In this document: positions 32,588 to 42,653 of the stretch, piece after piece
Layout: the number at the start of each line of letters is the position of its first letter
Position numbering within the stretch: position 1 is the first letter of the stretch
Sequence record: PZ324410.1
Reading direction: 5' to 3' (one strand)
Length of the DNA: 47,561 nt
Origin: a phage
Position numbers and translations under genes: made by a program
Notes under the pieces: model-generated
The model's database searches: none
The model's input: only the letters and a program-made list of their open reading frames with translations
Told to the model about the DNA's origin: nothing

Positions 32588-34480
32588 ATGGCTACCACAC
32601 CAACCAATTTACCAATCCCGTCAGAAGACCCGCGCGATCTAAAATTTAACGCTGGTAAGTTTGATGAAGTCATGACGTCTGATGCGCATTACTACGTGGA
32701 CAGATTTGGCGTAAAACGCTGGACGATTGCAGGGTTTCAATTTACCGCAGAAGAGGCTATCCGTAACTATGGATACATCACAATGGATAGCTTCGAAGAT
32801 GGCGCGACGTTGACACTACCAAACCAAGTCCTGCGCTATGAAGCAACCGGAGAATATTACCGCTGGGACGGTGCATTTCCTAAAACTGTCGCTGCTGGTT
32901 CAACCCCAGCAACAACTGGCGGCGTTGGTTTAGGTGCATGGGTTAGCGTTGGTGATGCTTCTCTGCGGTCAAATTTAGCAGCATCTAATGGATATACTTT
33001 AGTTGGTGGCCTTGCTGAGCATTATAGCCTCCCTGTTAAGTTCGTTGTTGTTGATAACGCACCTTACAATGGCGATTTAAAAGCAGCACTAACAGCAGCA
33101 ACACCTGGTAGTGTTTTCTGGTTGGGCAAGAAAACGCATAACATTACTGGGCTATATGGTGTCAATAAAAATACCGTTGAGAATATTACTATCGTTGGGG
33201 CCGGAATGCCGCAACTATCATCTGATAAACGATATCTTATAGATGGGACTGGCACCATTATTCAAGGCACAATTAAAAATCAGGCAAGAGGCTTCAAGAT
33301 ATTTAATTGTGGTATAGACGTTGGTGATTATGTTTCTCAAAACGTTTATCCGACAGTTACTTATGAAGATGGCCTGCAGCATTACGGTGTTGGTGCAAAT
33401 GCAAACATTGAAATACATAACGTGAAAATTCTTAACACCGTGACAGACCCATCAAAACCAGGTACTCACAGCATTCTGCTTGAGCAATTATCCGGTGTAA
33501 CTTTGGGTTACGTTGAGTGCATTGGAGGATTTCACGGCCTGGCAATAAAATGCCAAAATCTGCAAGGTGGTCGTGCTCACTGCTATGGTCAGTACGGTGA
33601 TGCATTCATCATTAAATCAGATTCTGGTGGTGCATGTGCTGACATTCACATGGAAAGAATCACAGTTGGCCTTTATGACAACACCGGCTGGCCTGATGTC
33701 ACTATGGGCGGAATTTATGACGCTCATGATAACGTTACAATCGACAAAATTGGCATTGGTGAGTTAATTGTGCAAAACGCGTCATGGGGATTTATACCAT
33801 CTTATGCCAATACCGGTTTCATAACAAACGTCAGCATTGGTAGATACTCTGCATTCAATGTCTATGGGAACTATTATTCATTAACCATTGATAATAAATG
33901 TGTTGGTTGGACTATTGGTGAGCACAGAATTAGCAATGCATCTGGCGGCATTCGTGTTCACCCGGACTCTGCTGAGATAAATATAGGAACAGGATCGTCA
34001 AAAGGAAACACAAAAAGTGGTTATGCGCTAGGTGGTAACAGCCTCAGTCATGGGGTTCTGTTTGCTAACGAAAACGGTGAAGCGGGTGTGGAATATCTCG
34101 GTGGGTTAGGTTTTGATGCATCGCTTGTCCGTGGTTACGTGAACGGAACCGTTCTTGTATCAGGAATGCCGAGTGTGAAAGATGGTACACCCGTTAATGG
34201 ATGGGCTGATACTGGTGCATTTGATATGACTTTAACTGGTAAAACAGTGCGTATAACAGGTTCGTTAACCAGAGGTACAGCCGCTGTTGCATATAATACT
34301 ATCTCCGCATGTAGACCTTTAAAAAGAGTACCAGTACCAGCATGGGGTGTTAATGCATCAAGTACAATGGTTCCAGTAGAATGTTATATTGAAACCAACG
34401 GGCAGCTAAACATTTCAGGTTTTGCATCGATCCCAACAGGCGGGACAATTTATTTTAGCGGTGAATATTTAACTAAGTAA
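32588..34480 (+). CDS. tail fibre protein with conserved N-terminal anchor and AT-richer C-terminal region
   Basis: 630 aa; N-terminus MATTPTNLPIPSEDPRDLKFNAGKFDE typical of enterobacterial phage fibres; C-terminal two thirds of lower GC. Confidence 0.65.
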   Translation: MATTPTNLPIPSEDPRDLKFNAGKFDEVMTSDAHYYVDRFGVKRWTIAGFQFTAEEAIRNYGYITMDSFEDGATLTLPNQVLRYEATGEYYRWDGAFPKTVAAGSTPATTGGVGLGAWVSVGDASLRSNLAASNGYTLVGGLAEHYSLPVKFVVVDNAPYNGDLKAALTAATPGSVFWLGKKTHNITGLYGVNKNTVENITIVGAGMPQLSSDKRYLIDGTGTIIQGTIKNQARGFKIFNCGIDVGDYVSQNVYPTVTYEDGLQHYGVGANANIEIHNVKILNTVTDPSKPGTHSILLEQLSGVTLGYVECIGGFHGLAIKCQNLQGGRAHCYGQYGDAFIIKSDSGGACADIHMERITVGLYDNTGWPDVTMGGIYDAHDNVTIDKIGIGELIVQNASWGFIPSYANTGFITNVSIGRYSAFNVYGNYYSLTIDNKCVGWTIGEHRISNASGGIRVHPDSAEINIGTGSSKGNTKSGYALGGNSLSHGVLFANENGEAGVEYLGGLGFDASLVRGYVNGTVLVSGMPSVKDGTPVNGWADTGAFDMTLTGKTVRITGSLTRGTAAVAYNTISACRPLKRVPVPAWGVNASSTMVPVECYIETNGQLNISGFASIPTGGTIYFSGEYLTK

Positions 34481-34484
34481 CAAA

Positions 34485-34510
34485 AACCCCGCTTCGGCGG
34501 GGTTAGTTTT
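34485..34510. terminator. bidirectional rho-independent terminator
   Basis: aaccccgc ttcg gcggggtt hairpin then TTTTT. Confidence 0.65.
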
Positions 34511-34542
34511 TAGAAGTGGCTGATTGTAATCGGTGATGATGG

Positions 34543-34968
34543 CTAATTTTGTTTTGGATAATTCTTCGATCTCCAGTCGTTAAAAGCCATCATTGCTGCT
34601 TCCCATCCTAGCGCTACACACACTGTGCATCCGGCATTTAAAGATGCGGAAAGGTAATCAATCTGGCCTTCCTCCCAATCGCTAAGAGTGTGGTCTTTCC
34701 TCTTCATCTCAATAACAAGAGATGGATTTCCAGGGATTATTATATCTGACGCACCTTTATTTAAAGCGCCTTTCTTTTTTAGGTTGCTGACCTCATGTGC
34801 TTTTCTCTTTCCTTCGTTTGGAATGTGAAGCACCAGCCGACCAAAACTATCAGGATACATTTTCCTCAATTGATTTATAAAAGTTACAAGCTCAGCGTCT
34901 TCAACATGACACTTCTTGTCTCTGTATGTTTTATCTCCATATACCTTTAGCCATTCAGGAAAAATCAT
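34543..34968 (-). CDS. VRR-NUC domain nuclease
   Basis: PD-(D/E)xK-like core DIIIPG...VIEMKRK in 141-aa ORF trimmed to ATG 34968. Confidence 0.5.
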   Translation of the reverse strand: MIFPEWLKVYGDKTYRDKKCHVEDAELVTFINQLRKMYPDSFGRLVLHIPNEGKRKAHEVSNLKKKGALNKGASDIIIPGNPSLVIEMKRKDHTLSDWEEGQIDYLSASLNAGCTVCVALGWEAAMMAFNDWRSKNYPKQN

Positions 34969-36830
34969 AATACCCCCCAATACATGCCTTTAACGTTGAA
35001 ATATTTACTACCCTTATCTCTTCTGAACATAATCACTGATGGCGAGACAGCCTCATCTCTTTTAGATATTGCATCATCAATTGACATGTTATGTTCACCA
35101 AAGCACTTCTCACAAAATTCTTCCCACTCCTTCTTCATCCATTCCTTCTCAGAGTTTGGATTGTAGAACTTGCTAACAAAAAATGGTTTCTGTTCAATAG
35201 CAAATTTTACGTGCACCAAATCTTCACCGCTTGAAACGTAATGCTTCATGATGTTCATCATGGTTACACTTGATTGCTTGGTTGCATAAGGAGAAGAATC
35301 AAGCCTGTCAGCTTCTTCCTTTAGTTTTTGGTTGGGGTCAATAATTTCAGCTCCGCATGATGTGCAATTTCTTGCTGCTATATCATTTTCAAACCCACAA
35401 TCTGGACACTCCTTTACCGACCATTTATAAGTACACCTATGCATTTCCCTTAGTGGTCCATGCATAACGTAGTTTTTACACCGCCTACCAAAATGAGCAG
35501 GCATGGGCTTGCTTCCAATCTTTTCACCTGACTTATCAAAAATATCAATCATTACTCTGTCACCCGCCAAATCCAGCCAGTAACCTTCCTTGTCAACTTC
35601 AAGATTTTCAGGATTTGGGCGCACACCAAATTCATTAATAAAGCCACAAAGAGGGCATTTGACATCCATTGGCACGGATGGTTTTTTCCTTGTTGCTTTT
35701 ATTTCTGGAGTGAACAAGTCCCCGGTCTCAGAAAAGTGACGTTGAATATTGCCTGCGTAATCGCTGACAAGAAAGTCTTCCTTGCCTTCATAAAGACGCG
35801 TCCCCCTGCCAATTATTTGCTGGTATAGTCTTGGTGATTCTGTGGCTCTCATTACTGCTATGTGATCACAATGAGGAACATCCACCCCTACAGTAAGGAT
35901 ATTCTGATTGACGATGTATTTAACTTTTTGCGCCTTGAAGTCTGATATTGCCTTATTGCGTTCAGCTGTCGGCATATCACCAAAAACATAACTATAAGAA
36001 CCGGGAGGCAGTGACTCCATTATCTCCATAGCGTGTTTCTTTGTGCTGGCAAAAATCATCGTTCCGAGACGATTAACGGAGCGACGGATAATATCTTCAA
36101 CAATACGTGATGTCTTCCTTCCCTTGCCAACCATCGCCTTTTCAACTGAAGATGTTGTGTACCGACCCAACTTATCCTTTTCAAGACAAGACGTATCATA
36201 CTCGTCAAAAACAGGCTCTGTAACTGGCGGCGTAAGGTATCCGTTTTCAATGAGGAATTTCGCCTCAAGCTCATAAACGACTTTGTCGTAATATGGGTCT
36301 ATGGCTGTTTCTTCATCTGTAGGACCGTCGAGGTAATGCTCTTTGTAGATGTATCCAGTTCCAAGGCGATAAGGCGTAGCGGTCATTCCAATAACACGCA
36401 GTTTTGGATTGCGACGCTTCATTTCATTAATAATAAATTTAATGGTTGGTGTTATTCCATCGCACTCATCAATAATGACAGCACCATACTTATCACCAAA
36501 CATCTCTATTGAGTTCTTGATTGTAACTGGTGAACCAAACACCACCGGATGACGCAGGTTTTTTGGGCCAGCCTTTGCACTGAACATGCTGGCTGGTTCT
36601 CCGGTGAGAAGATATTTAGCGCGATTTTGTGTGACGAGTTCCGCCGTGGGAGCAATGCACAAAACTCGCTTTTTGCTCATGCCATAAATACGAGATGCAA
36701 GTTCTGCTACAACCATAGATTTTCCTGCACCTGTAGGTAGGATGATAACGCATGATGAGATTGTGCTGCGAATGTGTGCCATAGCTGAATCAACAGCTTC
36801 CTGTTGGTATGGCCTTAGTGTGTATTTCAT
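34965..36830 (-). CDS. SF2 DEAD/DEAH-box DNA helicase with C-terminal zinc fingers
   Basis: Walker A PTGAGKS, DECD box, MTATP motif, QIIGRGTR motif VI; Cys pairs near C-terminus. Confidence 0.8.
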   Translation of the reverse strand: MKYTLRPYQQEAVDSAMAHIRSTISSCVIILPTGAGKSMVVAELASRIYGMSKKRVLCIAPTAELVTQNRAKYLLTGEPASMFSAKAGPKNLRHPVVFGSPVTIKNSIEMFGDKYGAVIIDECDGITPTIKFIINEMKRRNPKLRVIGMTATPYRLGTGYIYKEHYLDGPTDEETAIDPYYDKVVYELEAKFLIENGYLTPPVTEPVFDEYDTSCLEKDKLGRYTTSSVEKAMVGKGRKTSRIVEDIIRRSVNRLGTMIFASTKKHAMEIMESLPPGSYSYVFGDMPTAERNKAISDFKAQKVKYIVNQNILTVGVDVPHCDHIAVMRATESPRLYQQIIGRGTRLYEGKEDFLVSDYAGNIQRHFSETGDLFTPEIKATRKKPSVPMDVKCPLCGFINEFGVRPNPENLEVDKEGYWLDLAGDRVMIDIFDKSGEKIGSKPMPAHFGRRCKNYVMHGPLREMHRCTYKWSVKECPDCGFENDIAARNCTSCGAEIIDPNQKLKEEADRLDSSPYATKQSSVTMMNIMKHYVSSGEDLVHVKFAIEQKPFFVSKFYNPNSEKEWMKKEWEEFCEKCFGEHNMSIDDAISKRDEAVSPSVIMFRRDKGSKYFNVKGMYWGVL

Positions 36831-37204
36831 AAGTCAAACTCCTTGCACCACTCGACAACATGCTCGCACTGCTTAACATCAAACATTCCTATGTGACACT
36901 TCTCTTTTCTTATTCCCATCGAACTAGCTAATGCAGAATAAGCAGAGCCTCTTGACATTTTTCCTGATTTCCATAAGGGATCAAATGCAGCATGGGCTTT
37001 GCTTTTTGCCTTTCTTAATTCTTCATTTGCCACACGCCCAAGAGGTCTTTTCCCATCACCATTTTTGTGGCAACCAACATAAGCACCACAAGAATCACAT
37101 AGATAAAAATTAAGAGACGAAAGGTCTGGTCTGTGTGGGTAAATTTCACTCCCTTTAGCTAGTCTTGTCGCAATATTGCAGTAATCACAGATAACTTCGT
37201 ACAT
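36827..37204 (-). CDS. zinc-finger protein
   Basis: CDYC and CDSC Cys pairs; ORF trimmed to ATG 37204 with GGGGG RBS. Confidence 0.5.
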   Translation of the reverse strand: MYEVICDYCNIATRLAKGSEIYPHRPDLSSLNFYLCDSCGAYVGCHKNGDGKRPLGRVANEELRKAKSKAHAAFDPLWKSGKMSRGSAYSALASSMGIRKEKCHIGMFDVKQCEHVVEWCKEFDL

Positions 37205-37261
37205 ATAAACCCCCAATTAAAAGCCCCTTAGCGGGGCTTTATTTAAATAAACATCAAGTCA

Positions 37262-37783
37262 TTAAAACGGCACGTCAGAGTCAAAGTCCATCGGAGGCTC
37301 GTTAGATGGCGCTGATTGCTTAGGAGCAGGCGCTGATTTTGTTTGTTGACGACTGAAAACACCAGCCACATAGTTACCAGTTTTTTGCTTATCCTCAGAT
37401 TCCCAAACGCGCAGAAGAAGGATCATCGGGCGATTAGCAAGCGCACTAGCAATAGCAAAATCAGTCGGCTCTTTCCCTGACGCCATCAGCTTGCCACCAG
37501 CGTTTGCGTCAATTGCTGCAAGCATAGTGATAGCATTGTCGCGCTGCTTTTCTTTTGAGCTAAATACTTTCAGCTTCTGGAAGATGATGCGATTTTTATA
37601 CTCACCATCAAGGATTCTCCACTTAAGATTGAAGAATCGCTCACCTTCCCACTGATCGTCTTTACACTCTTCAACGGCAGCAAGAACACGGCTGCCATCA
37701 GGAATTACTTCGAAACCACCACCCAGCTCAAATTCAGATTTAGATTCAACAGCTTTACCGTCAGAAAGATTCCAGAAACCCAT
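37262..37783 (-). CDS. putative ssDNA-binding protein with SSB-like acidic C-terminal tip
   Basis: C-terminus MDFDSDVPF resembles bacterial SSB tip DFDDDIPF; sits beside Gp157 and AAA_24 genes. Confidence 0.5.
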   Translation of the reverse strand: MGFWNLSDGKAVESKSEFELGGGFEVIPDGSRVLAAVEECKDDQWEGERFFNLKWRILDGEYKNRIIFQKLKVFSSKEKQRDNAITMLAAIDANAGGKLMASGKEPTDFAIASALANRPMILLLRVWESEDKQKTGNYVAGVFSRQQTKSAPAPKQSAPSNEPPMDFDSDVPF

Positions 37784-37800
37784 TTTTGTGTCCTCTCGAT

Positions 37801-38280
37801 TTATTTGATGATCAGTTTTGGCTTGCCATCTGTAATGGCACAACCCTTAATCTCAATCCCGGCTTTTATCGCATTTTTAATTGCTGCGTTATCTGCCGAC
37901 ACTTTCACAACGCGGTACTGCTCAGGAAGCTGTTCAACAGGGACAAACACATCAAGAACTGGTGATGGTTTTCCAAGCGTGATACTGAACAACTTACCTT
38001 TGATGTTTGTCTTTCCTGACGCCATCATGTTTTGACGAAGATAATCTTTAAGGTTATCAATCTTCGCAACTAAAACACGCTTACGCTCAGAAAGACGGTC
38101 AATCTCTGATTTAAGTCCAGCTTCATCAGCTTCAAGCTCACGAATGTAAGCAGCAACCATTTCAGCCTTTCCTTCAAACTCCTCTTCAATAAGATTGATG
38201 GTATCTTCAATCTGCTCCCGTGGAATATCCTCCATCGCCAGTAGTTCATTAAGCTGTTTGGTTATCTCGTAGAGATGCAT
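37801..38280 (-). CDS. Sipho_Gp157 family protein
   Basis: N-terminal MHLYEITKQLNEL and coiled-coil typical of Gp157; start uncertain. Confidence 0.55.
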   Translation of the reverse strand: MHLYEITKQLNELLAMEDIPREQIEDTINLIEEEFEGKAEMVAAYIRELEADEAGLKSEIDRLSERKRVLVAKIDNLKDYLRQNMMASGKTNIKGKLFSITLGKPSPVLDVFVPVEQLPEQYRVVKVSADNAAIKNAIKAGIEIKGCAITDGKPKLIIK

Positions 38281-39091
38281 AATATTTAATCTCACTCAAA
38301 AGTGGGTTCTCACCTTTTTCAAAAGGAATTTCAGGTTCAAGGTTGTATCTGTTTTTAGCATTAACATACCCAATACGACCATCACCAGAGGTGATAAGAA
38401 CTCGCTGACCAGTCTGAACAACCTTTCCAAACTTGGTGACTTGCCCTTTCTTATCAGTCTCAGTTCCTTTCACAAACTCTTCATTTCTGATGTAAATAAC
38501 AGCATCACTAAGATTCACATAACCAGAAACTGAAGCATCATGCATGTCAAGTGTGTAAACGGTGTATTCATCAGCATCAGGTCGATTCTTCATCTTTTTA
38601 ACACCTGCGTGTGCAAGATAAATAATGCTCATCCCTTTTTCTTTGCGAAGATACTTGCATGCATTTATTATTTCAGCGTGCATTTCAGAAACAACAATAT
38701 ATCCTTTGTTGTAACCACCAGCCGCAGAACCTACGTTGTCAACACCGTAATTTTCACAAACCTCATGCTCAAACATTGAATGCAGGCTTGTGATTGAGTC
38801 AATTACAAGCGTTTTGTAATTATGTTCCTCAGTAATTAATGCGCGTAGCTGTGACAGCAAATCATCCTTTGTGCTTGTTTTGCGTTTAGCGTCAGCGCGA
38901 TTCAGAACAGGAAATGAATCAGGTTTCTTTTCATCATCCCAGTCATCAAAAACACCAGTGATCTCTTCAGCCTGAATAAACACTGGGTTTGGGAATAGCG
39001 CCGCAAGAGTTGTCTTGCCTACACCTGGAGTACCAACCAATGTTATGATTGGTGCTGCTGGTTTTGGTTTTTGAATCATTGATAAGCTCAT
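38249..39091 (-). CDS. AAA_24 family ATPase (Sak4-like)
   Basis: Walker A GTPGVGKTT and Walker B-like VIDSITSL; GAGAGGACA RBS. Confidence 0.7.
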   Translation of the reverse strand: MSLSMIQKPKPAAPIITLVGTPGVGKTTLAALFPNPVFIQAEEITGVFDDWDDEKKPDSFPVLNRADAKRKTSTKDDLLSQLRALITEEHNYKTLVIDSITSLHSMFEHEVCENYGVDNVGSAAGGYNKGYIVVSEMHAEIINACKYLRKEKGMSIIYLAHAGVKKMKNRPDADEYTVYTLDMHDASVSGYVNLSDAVIYIRNEEFVKGTETDKKGQVTKFGKVVQTGQRVLITSGDGRIGYVNAKNRYNLEPEIPFEKGENPLLSEIKYYASLRDNQTA

Positions 39092-39225
39092 AGTGTCCTC
39101 TCGATTTAACTCAGCATATCGCTGGTGTGACTTAAAGATACGTCAACATGATGGTAAACGCAATAGCTTGACGCAAATTTTTTTTGAGTTCATTATTGCT
39201 GCATACAGATAGCAGAGGTAAACAC

Positions 39226-39468
39226 ATGAAAAGCATCGCAGAACAGATAAGAGAAATGGAACAGACGAAGTTGTCGGAGCTGATTGATTATGTTGGAGGG
39301 CAATCACAACTGGCAAGATTTCTTGGTGTGTCAAAACAGGCTGTCAATCAGTGGGTGTCAAGAGGAAGAATTAGTGCTACAGCAGCAATTGATGCCGAGG
39401 CGCTTACTGGTGGAGTTTTCAGAAAGGAAGATTTAAGGCCAGCTGTTACAAAATGGATTGTTAAATAA
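39226..39468 (+). CDS. Cro/YdaS-like HTH DNA-binding protein
   Basis: helix-turn-helix QSQLARFLGVSKQAVNQW; divergent from recombination operon; ORF trimmed to ATG 39226. Confidence 0.6.
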   Translation: MKSIAEQIREMEQTKLSELIDYVGGQSQLARFLGVSKQAVNQWVSRGRISATAAIDAEALTGGVFRKEDLRPAVTKWIVK

Positions 39469-39470
39469 TA

Positions 39471-39497
39471 AAGCCCGCGTTTGCGGGCTTTTTTTAA
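39471..39497. terminator. bidirectional rho-independent terminator
   Basis: aagcccgc gttt gcgggctt hairpin then TTTTTTT. Confidence 0.7.
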
Positions 39498-39889
39498 ACT
39501 CCTTTTGAGCTTAAGCTATCTTTATCACGCCTTCCGCTATACTCTTTGCTTACATCCTCGTACAAAACACCAAACGCCTTACAGAAATTAAATAGTGCGT
39601 CACCCGCAAACACTTCGCTTGGATGCCAGTTTCCGGATTTTCTTGCAACATCCCTGTACGATGCTGTCACTATACCTACATTGTTTTCATATTGTATTCG
39701 ACAAAACAGTACGTCATCATCAATGCAGATACCCATATTGCAGCGGAATACGGGCATTTTCCAGTAGTAAACCTCCATCAGGTGTTTCCCTGTCATCATG
39801 GATATTGCGTTATCATGTGCGCGCTCAGGATTTTCTGACTCAAAATAGTCATACAAACCCCTCATCACCAGATACTTGTAATTGATCAT
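39494..39889 (-). CDS. hypothetical protein
   Basis: 131-aa ORF, overlap-coupled to primase gene. Confidence 0.5.
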   Translation of the reverse strand: MINYKYLVMRGLYDYFESENPERAHDNAISMMTGKHLMEVYYWKMPVFRCNMGICIDDDVLFCRIQYENNVGIVTASYRDVARKSGNWHPSEVFAGDALFNFCKAFGVLYEDVSKEYSGRRDKDSLSSKGV

Positions 39890-42219
39890 ATCTCAACCTC
39901 ATCATTTGTTAATTTATAAATTATTACGTTGTGAGATGTTCTTTTTGCATTTTCATCAATGCAAATAATACCATCTGATAACAACTTCTCTACGCACCTC
40001 TCGACATCAGCACGTTTATACCCACCTTCTTTTGCCACCCCTCTAACCATTGCTGTTTTGGTCATTCCACGCTTCACATATTCTTTAACCATGGAGAAAA
40101 TACCTTCAATTCTTTCTTCCATAGCTTTAGACTTCGCTCCGGCGATACTGTCAGCACGCATCATCAGATCGCTTGTTGATTTAATTGTTAATGCTACCGC
40201 ATATCTCAAGTGCTCCATGGTTATGACACCAGTATCGCACGCAAGAATGCCAGCAATCTTTGCCACTTTTACAGCGCATCTGTTTATCAATGGATGATAA
40301 CCAGTACCGTTTTCTACATGCTTTCTTGCAACGGTTTTAATCCATGAGAAGAACTCCTTAGCGAGCTGAGAAACTTCAGGAGTAGCTTTTATAATCCGTC
40401 TTTCTTTTTGACTGATTATTGAGTCTGTCCAGTTTTTGTGCCCAGCGGTTCCGCCATTTATTATTGTTTTTATGGTCAGTTGCATATCCATTGGCAGATC
40501 GCAGTAGTTGACGTTTTCGTTTTCGTCAGCAATCTCCTGCAACTCCTGCATAATCATTGCGCGCCCCATAAGACCTGACTTAATGTTTTCTTCAGTAATA
40601 AGGCGCTTAAACTGATCATCAGTAGACACGCCAAAGATTGAAAAAAATGGATTCCTTATAGCTCCATCAATTCTGTTTATCACATCATCAAACTGACACT
40701 TAATGTCAACAGGGTCTGCCTGTATCTCATTTTCCTCAATAGCCATCAACAGCATAGCCTTTCTCTTTTCGAAAGACTTAATGAAATCCTCAGTAACCCG
40801 CTGGTCACAATAAAGAACTTCTGACGTGTAAGCCTCCATGATCGCACCAGCGGTTGCCATGTTGTACTCGCTTACTTTCTGACCAACAACACTACCAAGT
40901 TTTATCCCAATCTCATCCATGATGATATTAAACATCTGGTTAGCACAAAGACCTTCATATATCGCACGCTCTGAACGTATCTTACCGGCGACAGTCTTAC
41001 TCAATCCTGAGCAATCAATTATCTTTTGTAGCGCAGCAAGAACATCACCCTTACCTGAACCTGAACCAGCGATACCAACAGCAAAAAGGTTTGGCAAAGC
41101 CTTCCTGTTTGTAAGGTAAATATCAGATGACGCTCCGCAAATCATGGATGCGGCATGCAATGCGGCAAGTGCTGCAATGTTCTCTCGCTTCTCTGCACAG
41201 TTCTTATTAATCCACGCCGTAAGGCGACCAACAAATCCAGGCGGATAACGGACATCAACACTTTTGTACTCTACAGGGCATTCACCAACACCCATTGCCA
41301 TCTCTCGCTCGAAAGACTCAAGTTTCTCAATTTCCTCTGGAGTAGCCTCAAAAGTTACTTGCCTTACCCACCCTCCCTCTTGCGCGAGATAAACCAGCGT
41401 TGCTTCGGTTATCTTTTCGCTAACACCGTCCTTTCCAAAGGAATGCCATTTTGCGTCCATCTCTTCAGCTCTGTACTTGCTGAACTGCGATGACCACCTA
41501 TCCCAAAGCTCAAAACCATTGCCTTCTGTAGCTTCGTGGATAGCCATACCTACATGAAGCCATGGGTCATACTCATCACCATCTTTGATGTATTTGAGCA
41601 TATCCTCCATTTCGGAAATGCTGTAATTTTTACTATCAAGCGTGAAAACCTCGTCTTCCGTTCTCTCAGGACGCAACAAAAGCTCAATAAGTTCAGATGG
41701 ACATTCAGTTATCTCTGAAGGGGATCCATGCTCGGCCTCATAAAAGTTTCCAGTTTTATGAAAAGAACCACATCCAACAACAAAACCAGAGGATTTAAAG
41801 TCAATACCCTTAAACCTTCTGTCATGAGAGCGCAGCTTTATTCCTTCAGGAAGTTTGTAATAGATGTGGCGACCACCACCACCAGTCTTAACCGTAAAAC
41901 CAGCTTCGTCAGCAAGCTCTACGTCTAAGGCATCACAAAGCGATTCATATCCATCATTACCTCCGTTGCGTGGATCAATATCAACGACCAGATAACCATT
42001 CACAAGGACACCGAATGACTGCAGTTGACCATATTCAGCCATATTTTCAATCTGGTCATCAGCCCATATAACTCCAAGCTGCCAGTTACTCATAACCGGA
42101 TGCTTACCGGCAGCATTGCAATCTGGATCACCGCATGTGCAATTGCGGTCGATATCCATTGCATGGATTCCAATAATAGGGAAGCCACATTTGCGGTAAT
42201 CTTCATAACCAATCATCAT
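39886..42219 (-). CDS. DNA primase/helicase (Prim-Pol N-terminal domain plus P-loop NTPase)
   Basis: N-terminal Prim-Pol-like region with acidic DIDPRNGG motif; Walker A GIAGSGSGKG in central region. Confidence 0.7.
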   Translation of the reverse strand: MMIGYEDYRKCGFPIIGIHAMDIDRNCTCGDPDCNAAGKHPVMSNWQLGVIWADDQIENMAEYGQLQSFGVLVNGYLVVDIDPRNGGNDGYESLCDALDVELADEAGFTVKTGGGGRHIYYKLPEGIKLRSHDRRFKGIDFKSSGFVVGCGSFHKTGNFYEAEHGSPSEITECPSELIELLLRPERTEDEVFTLDSKNYSISEMEDMLKYIKDGDEYDPWLHVGMAIHEATEGNGFELWDRWSSQFSKYRAEEMDAKWHSFGKDGVSEKITEATLVYLAQEGGWVRQVTFEATPEEIEKLESFEREMAMGVGECPVEYKSVDVRYPPGFVGRLTAWINKNCAEKRENIAALAALHAASMICGASSDIYLTNRKALPNLFAVGIAGSGSGKGDVLAALQKIIDCSGLSKTVAGKIRSERAIYEGLCANQMFNIIMDEIGIKLGSVVGQKVSEYNMATAGAIMEAYTSEVLYCDQRVTEDFIKSFEKRKAMLLMAIEENEIQADPVDIKCQFDDVINRIDGAIRNPFFSIFGVSTDDQFKRLITEENIKSGLMGRAMIMQELQEIADENENVNYCDLPMDMQLTIKTIINGGTAGHKNWTDSIISQKERRIIKATPEVSQLAKEFFSWIKTVARKHVENGTGYHPLINRCAVKVAKIAGILACDTGVITMEHLRYAVALTIKSTSDLMMRADSIAGAKSKAMEERIEGIFSMVKEYVKRGMTKTAMVRGVAKEGGYKRADVERCVEKLLSDGIICIDENAKRTSHNVIIYKLTNDEVEI

Positions 42220-42653
42220 TTAACCCTCACCACATAAGCGGTATTACGTGCAACCATCTTGACACTGAATTTTTTTTGCAGCTTCTTACCAACCACGGAA
42301 AGCGCACTTCTCAACTGCTCAATACTCCTTATCAACGCAAAATCATCAAACACAAAATGCTTTCCCTTACCCAAACCAAGTCGGTAGACGAAGTTGCGAG
42401 CCTCTCCCTCCATTGTCGGTTTTTGCTCCCACACAGACGCGGCCCGTTTTTTTACCCTTTGCTCCTTGCATTTTATTTCACACGGGAGATGCGGCTTCCG
42501 CCACGCCATATACCTCTCAGCCTCCTCTATTGTTTTGAAAAACTTTGCATAGGTAAAATCATGCAGAAAACCACATCTACCGCTGGCATATACCTTTTTA
42601 CCATCAGCCCCAATTGCCTCAATGTAGTACCTTTTCATATCCCAACACCTCAC
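42216..42653 (-). CDS. hypothetical protein
   Basis: 145-aa basic ORF, coupled. Confidence 0.5.
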   Translation of the reverse strand: MRCWDMKRYYIEAIGADGKKVYASGRCGFLHDFTYAKFFKTIEEAERYMAWRKPHLPCEIKCKEQRVKKRAASVWEQKPTMEGEARNFVYRLGLGKGKHFVFDDFALIRSIEQLRSALSVVGKKLQKKFSVKMVARNTAYVVRVK

